A DNA stretch of 57,930 nucleotides from an uncultured candidate division WPS-2 bacterium (GTDB lineage Bacteria; Vulcanimicrobiota; Vulcanimicrobiia; Vulcanimicrobiales; Vulcanimicrobiaceae). The translations under genes and the position numbers were made by a program. Below, piece after piece: positions 38,491 to 47,886 of the stretch. The stretch is taken from assembly GCA_937910425.1 (NCBI GenBank), contig CALEOJ010000232.1:1-57930 (forward strand), read 5' to 3'. How positions within the stretch are numbered: position 1 is the stretch's first letter; every line of letters begins with the position of its first letter. The notes under the pieces were generated by a model. It was not told where the DNA came from, ran no database searches, and saw only the letters and a list, made by a program, of their open reading frames with translations.

Positions 38491-38847
38491 TCAGCGCGGG
38501 TTTTCGCGAGCCCCGTTCGGAGGCGGCACGTAGACGCCGTGCTGCTGATCGAACGGTCGGATCTGCTGCAGACCGCCCCATCCGAGCAGACCACCGACGA
38601 GGATCCAGGCAGCGGTCAGAGCGATCAGCCCGCCGAGCAGCACGAAGATCGCGCCGGCCGCCTCCAACAGCGCACGCATGCTCCGGCCGCCCAAGGTGAC
38701 GCTTCGAGGATCCGTCGCGGAGTACAGGATGCGGAGGGAGCGGCCCTCTCGCAACCGATTCCATTGGACGGCGGGCAAGACGAGCTCCGCCGCGTGGCTG
38801 GTCCCGGTGCCGTCCCGGAAGGAGACCAGGGCGAAGAACCGACCCAC
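38491..38847 (-). pseudogene. DUF3592-like membrane protein C-terminal fragment
   Basis: LVSFRDGTG..., ILYSATDP followed by a TM helix; no N-terminus. Confidence 0.45.
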
Positions 38848-38849
38848 GA

Positions 38850-39090
38850 GATACGGGCCGGGCCGGGCACATCCCGGGTGCGCTCAACGTCTCGTTGGAC
38901 GGGGTCGTGAACGCCGATGGGTCGTATGCGCGCGTTGATGTGCTGCGCGAGACGTTTCCCGCCCTCGGCGACGTTCGCGATGTCATCACCTATTGCACGA
39001 TCGGCAATCGCGCAAGTTCAGGTCTACGACGGCTCGTGGGCGGAGTGGGGCTTTCTGCCCGAGGCGCCGATCGACGTGGGACCTCCGTAG
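38850..39090 (+). pseudogene. Sulfurtransferase (rhodanese) C-terminal fragment with internal deletion
   Basis: RAGHIPGA, ITYCTIGNRAS directly joined to VYDGSWAEWG across frames. Confidence 0.75.
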
Positions 39091-39207
39091 GCGTCGGCCG
39101 CTTGGCCAGGTCGCGTTTCCTTGCGGCTCATCGGACTTTCACGCGCGCTTCACGGTACCCTCATCCGGCCCTAAGAACAATATAAGGACCGGCGGCTATC
39201 TATAGGC

Positions 39208-39726
39208 ATGAGCTTGGAAAGCTTCGTTCTGGTCCGCGACCTGGTGGGGGTTACCGCCCCCTGGCGGTCGCTCTTCAACCATTCCGCCTCGGTCGAGATG
39301 TCCGTGGTCGGGACGCACGTGCTCTCCATGCTCGGCGCGGGCGGACTCGCCATAGCGCACGATCGCGGAACCCTGCGCGCGGGTCGCTGGAGCGCCGCCA
39401 TCCGCGAGCACCATTTCGCGGAGCTGCACGCCGTCCACGGCATCATCGTCGCCGCGCTTGCGATCTGCATGCTCAGCGGCGTCGCTCTTTTTGCGTCCGA
39501 TGTCAAAACGTACGTCGTCTCGGTACCGTTCTGGATAAAGATGTCCCTCATCGCGATGTTGTTTGGAAACGCGCTGATCATGCAGGCGACCGAGGGGAGC
39601 TTGCGCCTCGAGCCCGGAGGCGGCGCGGCGGTAGCTTGGGCACGGATCCGGGCAACCTCGATCGCGAGCGCGGTCCTGTGGGGATCGATCGTCCTCGTCA
39701 GCATCGTCCTCTCGCTCTCAAAATGA
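39208..39726 (+). CDS. DUF6644-like membrane protein
   Basis: H...GG..IAHDR, SGVALF, FWIKM..L..NA. Confidence 0.65.
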   Translation: MSLESFVLVRDLVGVTAPWRSLFNHSASVEMSVVGTHVLSMLGAGGLAIAHDRGTLRAGRWSAAIREHHFAELHAVHGIIVAALAICMLSGVALFASDVKTYVVSVPFWIKMSLIAMLFGNALIMQATEGSLRLEPGGGAAVAWARIRATSIASAVLWGSIVLVSIVLSLSK

Positions 39727-39759
39727 GTCAGTCGCTGTTTTCGGAGGTCACTCGTACGT

Positions 39760-40272
39760 ATGCCGCTCCGTAACACCCCGTGCGCGGGAAGCTGTCCTAT
39801 CGATCGCGCGCGCTTTCTCCGCTCAACCGCCTTGACGGCGCTTGCCGGAATCGCCGGCGCAGGGATCCTCGCGGACCCGGCCTTCGCACAAGTCGGTTCG
39901 ATCGCGCCGACGCAATCGCACGGCAACGTGCTTACCTACGCGCTTCCTGCAAAGGAGGGCGCGCTGATCGACGCCGATCGAGGCGTGATCGTTGCGCGGG
40001 TGAAAAACACGGTCTATGCGCTTTCGATCACCTGTCCGCACCGGGCGGTGACGACGCTGGAGTGGATCCCGGAGACGAAAGAATTTCACTGCCCGAAGCA
40101 CGATGCGCATTTTCAACCCGACGGTGAACTCATCGACGGCCGCCCGGATCGTGCGATGGACCGGTACGCCGTACGCCGCGCCGGGCAAAGCATCATGGTC
40201 GATACCGCCGCGGTCTGGCAGCAGGACACGGCGCACGATGCCTGGAGCCGGGCGGCCGTGACGGTCGGCTAG
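39760..40272 (+). CDS. Tat-like exported Rieske [2Fe-2S] protein
   Basis: CPH and CPKH boxes; RARFL signal. Confidence 0.88.
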   Translation: MPLRNTPCAGSCPIDRARFLRSTALTALAGIAGAGILADPAFAQVGSIAPTQSHGNVLTYALPAKEGALIDADRGVIVARVKNTVYALSITCPHRAVTTLEWIPETKEFHCPKHDAHFQPDGELIDGRPDRAMDRYAVRRAGQSIMVDTAAVWQQDTAHDAWSRAAVTVG

Positions 40273-40338
40273 CCTTCATCGGGCCCGACGCTACGACAAC
40301 TTGCAGGACGATCGTTCTCCACCGTCTGATGGTCGTGC

Positions 40339-41241
40339 GTGACACCCTCGGTCGTCTTCATCGGCGTGGGGAACATGGGCGGCCCGATGGCGATGCGGTT
40401 GGCGCAGGCCGGCTTTGCTCTGGCCGTCGCCGACGTTCGTGCGGAGACGTTGGCTCCTTTCGCCGACCGTGGCATAGCGACCGGGACACGCCCGGCGGCG
40501 CTGCAGGGCGATGTGGTCGTGACGATGCTCCCCACCGACACGCACGTCTCGGACGCGCTCTTCGGCGACGGCGGCGCGCTCGAGCTCCCGCGTGAGGCGG
40601 TCATCGACATGTCGAGCTCCGCGCCGCAAGGGACGCTCGACATCGCGGCTCGCCTCGCGAAGCGGAAGATATCGTTTCTCGACGTGCCGGTCTCCGGCGG
40701 CGTCCCGCGAGCGAAGACCGGCGAGCTGACGGCGATGGCCGGCGGAGACGCGGCGACGATCGAAGCATATCGTCCACTCCTCGAGACGATGTGTGCCAGC
40801 GTACGGCGGGTCGGCGACGTCGGCGCCGGCGTGACGATGAAGGCGCTCAACAACTTTCTGTCGGCGAGCGCGATGTGGGCCGCGTGTGAGGCGCTCGTGG
40901 CCGGCTCGAAGGCGGGACTCGACCCGGCAACCATGGTCGAGGTGTGGTCCACCTCGACGGCGCGCTCCCACGCGGTCGACGTGAAGCTCCCGAGCGCCGT
41001 CCTTCCGCGCACGTTCGACTACGGCTTTGCGCTCGGCTTGATGGCGAAAGACCTCGGCATCGCTGCGCAGATCGCGCGGCAGAACGACGTCGCGGCTCCG
41101 ATGATCGCGCAGACGCAAGCGATCTTCTCGCTCGCTTCCGATGCGCTGGGCGCGCAAGCCGACCTCACGACGATTCTGACGCTGATCGAACGGTGGTCGG
41201 CATTCGCGGTTCCCACAACTGCAGCTACGGAGGACTCATGA
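40339..41241 (+). CDS. Beta-hydroxyacid dehydrogenase (3-hydroxyisobutyrate DH family)
   Basis: FIGVGNMGGPMA, DVPVSGG, MKALNN. Confidence 0.9.
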   Translation: MTPSVVFIGVGNMGGPMAMRLAQAGFALAVADVRAETLAPFADRGIATGTRPAALQGDVVVTMLPTDTHVSDALFGDGGALELPREAVIDMSSSAPQGTLDIAARLAKRKISFLDVPVSGGVPRAKTGELTAMAGGDAATIEAYRPLLETMCASVRRVGDVGAGVTMKALNNFLSASAMWAACEALVAGSKAGLDPATMVEVWSTSTARSHAVDVKLPSAVLPRTFDYGFALGLMAKDLGIAAQIARQNDVAAPMIAQTQAIFSLASDALGAQADLTTILTLIERWSAFAVPTTAATEDS

Positions 41242-41630
41242 CCGAAGACGAACGGATAGAAAAGGGCCGCGCGATTCGCCGCCAAGTGCTCGGCGCGGAC
41301 TACGTCGATCAGCCCGGCCTCGCTCCGACCAAGATGCAAGCGGCGTTCCGCAAGTTCACGACGGAGAACTGCTGGGGGACCGTCTGGGTCCGCGAGGGCT
41401 TGTCCCACAAACAGCGCAGCATGCTGAATCTGGCGATGCTCTCGGTGATGGCTCGCTGGCACGAGTTCGAGGTCCACGTGGGCGGAGCACTGACCAACGG
41501 CGTCACCGAAGATGAAATCGTCGAGATCTTATTGCAAGCGGGCGTGTACGCCGGCGTCCCGATCGCCTCGGAAGGCTTCAAGATCGCGGATCGCGTGGTC
41601 GCCCAGTATCACGCGTCACGGAGCGCGTAG
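41238..41630 (+). CDS. Carboxymuconolactone decarboxylase family protein
   Basis: WGTVWVREGL, HVGGALTNG, VYAGVP. Confidence 0.88.
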   Translation: MTEDERIEKGRAIRRQVLGADYVDQPGLAPTKMQAAFRKFTTENCWGTVWVREGLSHKQRSMLNLAMLSVMARWHEFEVHVGGALTNGVTEDEIVEILLQAGVYAGVPIASEGFKIADRVVAQYHASRSA

Positions 41631-42370
41631 ACGCGCTCCTGCACCCGGTCGAGCTGCTGGAGCATCGCCGGATCGTGTCCCGGAAACCAACGTCCGCCCG
41701 TGGCGAGCCGCTCGATCGCGGAGAACCCGCGCTGGTACTCGTCATAGCGGTAGATGATCGCGCTCGGCGTCTTGGTCAGTACGTTGTCGTAGAAGTGCGA
41801 ACCGTCGCAGGCGAAGACCAGCGGACCGTCGCTGCGCTCGAGCACGATCACCTGTGATCCGGGCGTATGGCCGCCGATGCGTACGACGCTCAAGCCGTCA
41901 CCCAGGCTCTTGTCGCCGTCGAGCGTCTCGAGACGCTCGGCTCGGCGAAGATCATCGAGGGCCGCGATGCTCGGGGCATCCGCGAGCGCGCCGGCGGGCT
42001 GAAGGCGGCCGGCGCCGGAGAAAAACGCGACGTCGTCGCGTTGGACGATGAAGCGCGCGTTCGGGTAGCGTTCCGGCGCGCCGAAATGATCGTAGTGCAA
42101 ATGTGAGAGAACGATCCGTTCCACGTCGCCTGGAACGATCCCGAGCTCGGCGAGCAGCGCGGTTGGATCGCGATATTCCGAGATGCCGCGTCTCTCCGCC
42201 ACGAGTGCGGAGAAACCGGTGTCGATCAGCGTGACGCGCGAGCGTTCGCGCAGCACCCAAAAGGGATAGACGAGTTCGATGTCGTCGTGCCGTGGCGAAA
42301 GATGAAACATGAGGCAGTGGTGGCGCTTTGCGCGCCCGACGATCGCCGCGTAGACGTCGATACCCGTGGC
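41609..42370 (-). CDS. AHL-lactonase-like metallo-beta-lactamase; start codon unclear
   Basis: IDTGF, SHLHYDH, GHTPGSQ, PGHD. Confidence 0.8.
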   Translation of the reverse strand, partial: ATGIDVYAAIVGRAKRHHCLMFHLSPRHDDIELVYPFWVLRERSRVTLIDTGFSALVAERRGISEYRDPTALLAELGIVPGDVERIVLSHLHYDHFGAPERYPNARFIVQRDDVAFFSGAGRLQPAGALADAPSIAALDDLRRAERLETLDGDKSLGDGLSVVRIGGHTPGSQVIVLERSDGPLVFACDGSHFYDNVLTKTPSAIIYRYDEYQRGFSAIERLATGGRWFPGHDPAMLQQLDRVQERVYALRDA

Positions 42371-42372
42371 CT

Positions 42373-42720
42373 CTAGACCGCCGGAGCGGCGACTCCCGGG
42401 CGGCGCTCCTTGCGCTCCATCACGCGAAGATGGAGAAGTCTCCAAGGCCGGCGGCGCGTGTCGGCCTGTGCCTCGATCAACATCCCGGGTCGAACCAGCC
42501 TGAGGTCGGTGCCGGCCACGACGCATTCCTCGACCCCCCGGCCCGCCGTCTCCGTCGGACCGCGAGCAATGCGGACGCGTTCTCGGTGCGGATCCACCGA
42601 AAGGACCCGGCCGGCGAACCACACGTCATAGCCCGGCTCGCTGCCGAGGCATGGCCGACCGACGAGCGTCGCGACGAACGCTCCAGCCGCGAAAAGGAGT
42701 CGCAACCGGCCATGCGTCAC
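42373..42720 (-). CDS. Small exported hypothetical protein (OB-fold-like)
   Basis: Signal-like N-terminus; GRVLSVD. Confidence 0.5.
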   Translation of the reverse strand: MTHGRLRLLFAAGAFVATLVGRPCLGSEPGYDVWFAGRVLSVDPHRERVRIARGPTETAGRGVEECVVAGTDLRLVRPGMLIEAQADTRRRPWRLLHLRVMERKERRPGVAAPAV

Positions 42721-42721
42721 G

Positions 42722-44035
42722 CTAGCGCCTCGAACCGATGATATCGCGGCCCAGCACGATGGTAACGTCCGGTGCGTTCTGGTCCCCGAGTCGCGGTGAC
42801 GGCACGGAGACGATCGTCGCCGTCGGCCCAAGCGCCTTCTGCACGAGCTGTGACACGGACGACGCCGCCGGATCGCTTTCGATTCGCGTGACCGCGAAAT
42901 CGGTCGTCGACGCGTTGCGAATCTCGGAGACGTTGAACCCCTTGCGGCGAAGATCGCCCGCAACGCGGGCGGCAAGCCCGACCACCGTCGTTCCGTTCTC
43001 GACGCGGATGCGTATCTCGCTCGCAGCGATCGTAGACGCGGTTCCGGCGGTGCCCGCGGGTTGCGAGAGCAGTGCGGTGACGAGCCGCTGCTTCGCCGGT
43101 TCGTCGGGAACGAGCGAATCGCCGTAGTCGGGAAGAATGGTCGTCGCAATATACGGCACTTGCGACGTATGAACGTCCCGCGCCGAGATGTGCGAGAGGG
43201 CGAGCGCAGACGATATTTCTTCCTGCGTCGTAAAGTCGGTCTCGATATCCTTCCGGATGACGCCGAGCAGCGCCCGGGCGTGCGTCAGCGTGTTGAGGTG
43301 ATTACGCGTGACCCGGTCGACGATCGCCCGAATGACTTGCTGCTGGCGCATGATGCGGCACGGATCGCTGCACCAGTCATGACGGAACCGCGCGTACCCT
43401 ACGGCGTGCTCCCCGTCGAGATGCTGGAAGCCCGGCTTGAGGTGGATGTGCAAGTGCCCCCAGCTGTCGTCGTAGTCGACCGGCCCGTTCGGCCCCGTCC
43501 CTTTGAGCGCGTCGGAGTTCTTCACTGTAACATCGACGCCGCCGATGGCGTTGATGACGTCCTTCGAGGTGTCGATCCGCATCACGATGTAACGATCGAA
43601 CGGCGGAATCCCCAGCCAGTCGGCGATGACCGCCTTGGACTCCTTGATGCCGCCTTCGGACTGCGCCTGGTTGATCTTGGCCTTCTGGCCGTTGGGCATC
43701 GTCACAATCATGTCGCGCGGGACGGACAGCTCGTTCACGCGGTAGTTCTTGAAATCGACGTTCAGCGCCATGATGACGTCGCTGCGCGACGATTTCGACG
43801 TCTCTTGGTCGAGCCTGTCGTAGTCGTAGTCGAGTCCGATCAGCAGCACGCTGAGATGATCTTTCCCAAAGAGCGTCGCCGGTTCCGGAACGAAGACGCG
43901 CTCGACGGCGCTGACCACTTTCGTCACCGGCGCGGATTGGGGAAAGAGCGTCGCGCCGAGGACGAGCGCCGCAACGACGAGCGCCGCGCCGGCGGCGATT
44001 ATCCTGAGGCCCCAGAAAACCGTGCGCTTCGGCAT
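42722..44035 (-). CDS. LCP (LytR-CpsA-Psr) family protein with LytR_C domain
   Basis: RSDVIM, SVPRD, KINQA, RFRH, RQQQVI; ENGT..GLA. Confidence 0.92.
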   Translation of the reverse strand: MPKRTVFWGLRIIAAGAALVVAALVLGATLFPQSAPVTKVVSAVERVFVPEPATLFGKDHLSVLLIGLDYDYDRLDQETSKSSRSDVIMALNVDFKNYRVNELSVPRDMIVTMPNGQKAKINQAQSEGGIKESKAVIADWLGIPPFDRYIVMRIDTSKDVINAIGGVDVTVKNSDALKGTGPNGPVDYDDSWGHLHIHLKPGFQHLDGEHAVGYARFRHDWCSDPCRIMRQQQVIRAIVDRVTRNHLNTLTHARALLGVIRKDIETDFTTQEEISSALALSHISARDVHTSQVPYIATTILPDYGDSLVPDEPAKQRLVTALLSQPAGTAGTASTIAASEIRIRVENGTTVVGLAARVAGDLRRKGFNVSEIRNASTTDFAVTRIESDPAASSVSQLVQKALGPTATIVSVPSPRLGDQNAPDVTIVLGRDIIGSRR

Positions 44036-44136
44036 TACGGCTGATTCTACAGGCGTTTCCTCAGAACCGCCTTAGTCGCGCGCGAGCTGACGGGGCCGCG
44101 AGGGTGCTGCTGAGCCGGTCCGCGTATGATCTGGAA

Positions 44137-47100
44137 GTGGGAATCGCCGGGTTTGCCGTTCGTCGCCGGGTCGCCGTCGCGATGCTTTCGCTCGCGATCG
44201 TCGTGCTCGGCTTGTTCGCGGCACCGCGCCTGGCGATCGCGCTCTTGCCTTCGTTCGCGCCTCCGGTCGTGAGCGTCACCGTCGCGTACGGCAACGTCTC
44301 GCCGGAGACGATGGAGACCACGATTACGCGGCCGATCGAGAATGCCGTCAGCCGCGTCGCCGGCATCGACTTCATCGAGTCGAACTCGTTCCAAGGTCTC
44401 TCGACCGTGCGCGTCCAGTTCGAGTTCGGAACGGACATCAACGTCGCCGCGGTCGACGTGCAACAGCAGGTCGCCCGCATCCGGGCCTCGCTGCCGAACG
44501 ATCAGGCCTTGCAAGAACCGCAGATCGCAAAGGCCGATCCGAATGCGACGCCGGTGCTCACGGTCGCCGTCACCGACCCGCTCATGACGCAGAGCGCGCT
44601 CTCGGATCTGATCGTCAACTCGCTCTCCGACGAGTTCGCGTCGGTGCATGGAGTGGGCAGCCTCGGGGTCTCGGGTGTTGCTCAGCGGGCGATCATCATC
44701 GAACCGGACGAGCACAAGCTGGCGGGCGCCGGGCTCACGATCGACACGCTGCTGCAGCGGATCAAGAACGAGAACGTCGAGCTGCCTGCCGGCGTGATCC
44801 AGATCGGGCGCAACGAGTACGGTATTCGCACCAGCGCTCTGTTCACCGCCCCCGGGCAGATCGCAGACACCGTGATCACCGAGCAAAACGGTACGATCGT
44901 TCGGTTGCGCGACGTCGCGGTCGTTCGTGACGCGATCCAGGAGCAGCGCGTGTTCTCGCGACTGAACGGTTCGCCGTCCGTCCTCCTCACGGTTACCGCG
45001 CAGCCGAACGCCAACATCGTCGCCGTCGCGGGCGGGGTGAGCCAGAAGATCAACGAGATCAGGGGCCGCTACCAAAGCATGCAGTTCGCGACCCTGCTCG
45101 ATCAGCGCGAGTTCATCCTCGACGCCGTCGCATCGCTCGAGCACACGGCGATCTACGGCGCGGTCCTCGCGGTCTTGATCATCTTGCTGTTCCTGCATTC
45201 GTGGCGCGCGATGCTGATCGTCGCGGTCTCGCTGCCGGTCTCGATCCTGGGGACGCTTTTCATCGCGTACGCCTTCGGGGAGACGCTCAACGTGATGACG
45301 CTTGGCGGCTTGGCGCTGGCGGTTGGGCTCATCGTCGACGACGCGGTCGTGGTCATCGAGAACATCTCGCGCTTTCTCGGAATGGGGATGTCGTCCGAAG
45401 ATGCGGCCGAAGGCGGGACCGCACAGATCATGGGCGCGGTGATCGCGTCGTCGATCACCGTCGTCACCGTTTTCTTCCCAGTTCTGCTCATCCCCGGGCT
45501 GCAGGGCTTGATCTTCGGGCCCTTCGCGATCGTGGTGATGAGCGGGGTCGCGATCTCGCTGCTGGTCGCGGTCACGGCAGTGCCGATGCTGTCGGCCGAG
45601 ATGCTGCGCCGCCGCGGCGAGTCCGATGCCGCTGCCGCGCGCCCGAATCGCTTCGGGAAGGCGTTCGACCGCGCGTACGGCCGGGTCGCGAGCGGCTACG
45701 CCCGTGTCCTCGCAGCCTCGCTCGATCGTCCGGCGATCGTGCTGGCCTCGGCGTTCGCGCTGATTGCGATCGCCGCGGTCGCGATGCAGCTCGGGGTCGT
45801 GCCGACCGAGATCTTTCCGCCGTCCGACACGCGTTTCGTCCAGCTCGGGCTGCAGACGCCGAACGGCACCGCGCTTGCGATCACCAATCAGGTCTCAGCG
45901 GTCGTCGAAGACGCGCTCCGCATGGATCCGCGCGTCGTCGCCGTCGGTGCGACGGTCGGCGAGGTCGGCGCGGGCGGGACGACCCGCTCGATCACCAACC
46001 GCGCAACGATGCAGATCACGCTCAAACGTGGAACCGACGGCGCCGCGGCGGCCGCGTTCATCAGCGATTGGCGACGGCGCTTGAGCGGCAACGCGAAGGG
46101 ACCCGATCGGCTGCTCGCACCGGCACAAGCCGTGGGCATCCGCCGCGCGATGATCGGGACGATCGCGCGCGGTCAGACGATCGACATCGTGCAGCGACAG
46201 ATCTCGCAGGGCCAGACTGCGCTCGAGCTCGAGATCTACGGCCCCGATCTCGCAACGTTGCAGAGCGTGTCCGATGGCGTGATGTCCGCGATCTCACGCA
46301 TCCCCGGCGTCGGTGACCCCGACAAGAACGTCACCAACTCGCAACCGGAGGTGCGGGTCGCGATCGACCGCAGGCGCGCGAGCGAGCTGGGCTTCGGCAC
46401 GGGTGATGTCGCGCAGTTCATCAGTTCGGCGACCAACGGCTCGATTTCGAGCTACTATCAGGTCAACGGGATCCAATACCCGATCCTGGTCGAGCTCGCG
46501 CCCAACCAGCGCCGCTCGTTCGCCTCGCTGCAAGGATTGGAGTTTACGCCGCCCGGCGCGGGCGCGACGACGTCGGGCGCGACGCCGCCGCCCGGCACGA
46601 CACCGCCGCCCGTCGGCTTGACGCTCGGCAGCGTCGCGCAGATCACGCAGGGCCTCGGTCCGTCCGCGATCAGCCGCGAGAACCGCCAGCGCCGGGTCGA
46701 GATCCAGGCGCCGCTCGCCGGACGGCCGCTGGGGCCGGTCCTCGCCGACGCGGCATCGGTGATGGGCGCGTACCCGTTCCCGTCGGGGTATCGCTGGGAG
46801 TTCGGGCCGGAGATCTTACGCGGGCAGAACAGCTTCAGTTCGCTGTGGCTCGCGGTCGGTCTCGCGGTGCTGCTGATCTACATGTTGCTCGCCGCACAGT
46901 TCGAGTCGTACATCGATCCGCTGGTCATCATGGTCGCCGCCCCGCTCTCACTGGTCGGGATCCTCTCGGCACTCCTGATCACGCACCGCGCGTTCGGGCT
47001 GACCGCGTTCGTCGGCTCGCTGATGCTGGTCGGGATCGCGGTGAAGAACGCGATCCTCGTCATCGAGTTCACCAAGCAGCTGCGCGAGGAGGGCAAGCCC

Positions 47101-47394
47101 GTCCGTGAGGCTCTGCTGGAAGCGGGACCGCTGCGGTTGCGGCCGATCCTGATGACGACGCTCGCGACGCTCGGCGGGATGCTCCCGCTCGCGCTGGGCA
47201 TCGAGGTCGGCAGCTCGACGCAGGCACCGCTCGCGACGGTGGTCATCGGTGGTCTGATCGCGTCGACCATCCTCTCGCTGGTGGTCGTACCGACACTCTA
47301 CCTGGTCGTCGCGAAACGGGTCGGAAACCGCTTCCGCTCGCGCCGCCGCATCCCGTCGTCCACGGCCGAGCTCCAACCGAACCAGGTTCGCTAG
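44137..47394 (+). CDS. RND efflux permease, paralog of 7421-10789
   Basis: Same motifs; long near-identical peptide stretches. Confidence 0.93.
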   Translation: MGIAGFAVRRRVAVAMLSLAIVVLGLFAAPRLAIALLPSFAPPVVSVTVAYGNVSPETMETTITRPIENAVSRVAGIDFIESNSFQGLSTVRVQFEFGTDINVAAVDVQQQVARIRASLPNDQALQEPQIAKADPNATPVLTVAVTDPLMTQSALSDLIVNSLSDEFASVHGVGSLGVSGVAQRAIIIEPDEHKLAGAGLTIDTLLQRIKNENVELPAGVIQIGRNEYGIRTSALFTAPGQIADTVITEQNGTIVRLRDVAVVRDAIQEQRVFSRLNGSPSVLLTVTAQPNANIVAVAGGVSQKINEIRGRYQSMQFATLLDQREFILDAVASLEHTAIYGAVLAVLIILLFLHSWRAMLIVAVSLPVSILGTLFIAYAFGETLNVMTLGGLALAVGLIVDDAVVVIENISRFLGMGMSSEDAAEGGTAQIMGAVIASSITVVTVFFPVLLIPGLQGLIFGPFAIVVMSGVAISLLVAVTAVPMLSAEMLRRRGESDAAAARPNRFGKAFDRAYGRVASGYARVLAASLDRPAIVLASAFALIAIAAVAMQLGVVPTEIFPPSDTRFVQLGLQTPNGTALAITNQVSAVVEDALRMDPRVVAVGATVGEVGAGGTTRSITNRATMQITLKRGTDGAAAAAFISDWRRRLSGNAKGPDRLLAPAQAVGIRRAMIGTIARGQTIDIVQRQISQGQTALELEIYGPDLATLQSVSDGVMSAISRIPGVGDPDKNVTNSQPEVRVAIDRRRASELGFGTGDVAQFISSATNGSISSYYQVNGIQYPILVELAPNQRRSFASLQGLEFTPPGAGATTSGATPPPGTTPPPVGLTLGSVAQITQGLGPSAISRENRQRRVEIQAPLAGRPLGPVLADAASVMGAYPFPSGYRWEFGPEILRGQNSFSSLWLAVGLAVLLIYMLLAAQFESYIDPLVIMVAAPLSLVGILSALLITHRAFGLTAFVGSLMLVGIAVKNAILVIEFTKQLREEGKPVREALLEAGPLRLRPILMTTLATLGGMLPLALGIEVGSSTQAPLATVVIGGLIASTILSLVVVPTLYLVVAKRVGNRFRSRRRIPSSTAELQPNQVR

Positions 47395-47416
47395 CGGCGG
47401 GACGCGCCGGAGCGAT

Positions 47417-47443
47417 CGTGGTTTCGCTCCGGGGCGCCGATAG
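47417..47443 (+). promoter_or_regulatory. Candidate sigma28 (FliA) promoter
   Basis: GTTT-N11-GCCGATAG. Confidence 0.45.
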
Positions 47444-47466
47444 CAGGGAGAGAGGAGAGAACCTTC

Positions 47467-47847
47467 ATGAGCGTTGGAGCGATCGGCGGTTCGTCGCTGC
47501 CGCCACTCGGACTTTCCAGCACCCCGTCGCCCCCCGCTACAGCGACGGTTTCGCCGTACCAGAGCGCGTACGACGCGCTCCTGCAGCAGGACGCTGCCGA
47601 ATTGCTCCAGCTCTCGCTGGGCTCGGCGACGGCCGCCGCGTCCAACGTGTCGAACGTTCTCGCGCAGGCGGCGGCCCTTCAGCAAGAACAGCTTGCCGCG
47701 CAGCAACAGGCGCAGGCCGCACCACCGCCGCCGATCGCCGAGCCGGCAGTTCCGACCCTTGCGAGCGTGATCCAGCAAAGCAACGCTAGCGCAAGCAGCG
47801 ATCTCTCGAACGGTACGCTCGGCGCCTCGATCGACACCCTGGCCTGA
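47467..47847 (+). CDS. Low-complexity protein, YjfB/motility-like C-terminus
   Basis: SD GAGGAG; ends LGASIDTLA. Confidence 0.6.
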   Translation: MSVGAIGGSSLPPLGLSSTPSPPATATVSPYQSAYDALLQQDAAELLQLSLGSATAAASNVSNVLAQAAALQQEQLAAQQQAQAAPPPPIAEPAVPTLASVIQQSNASASSDLSNGTLGASIDTLA

Positions 47848-47886
47848 CGCGAAGTCGCGGGGCGATCGGGCAGAGAAGCCGCGAGT

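Noticed and set aside
12130-42700. Integron cassette array as the explanation for the accessory patchwork
   Set aside because: No intI, genes lie on both strands, and no recurring RYYYAAC...GTTRRRY attC sites were seen
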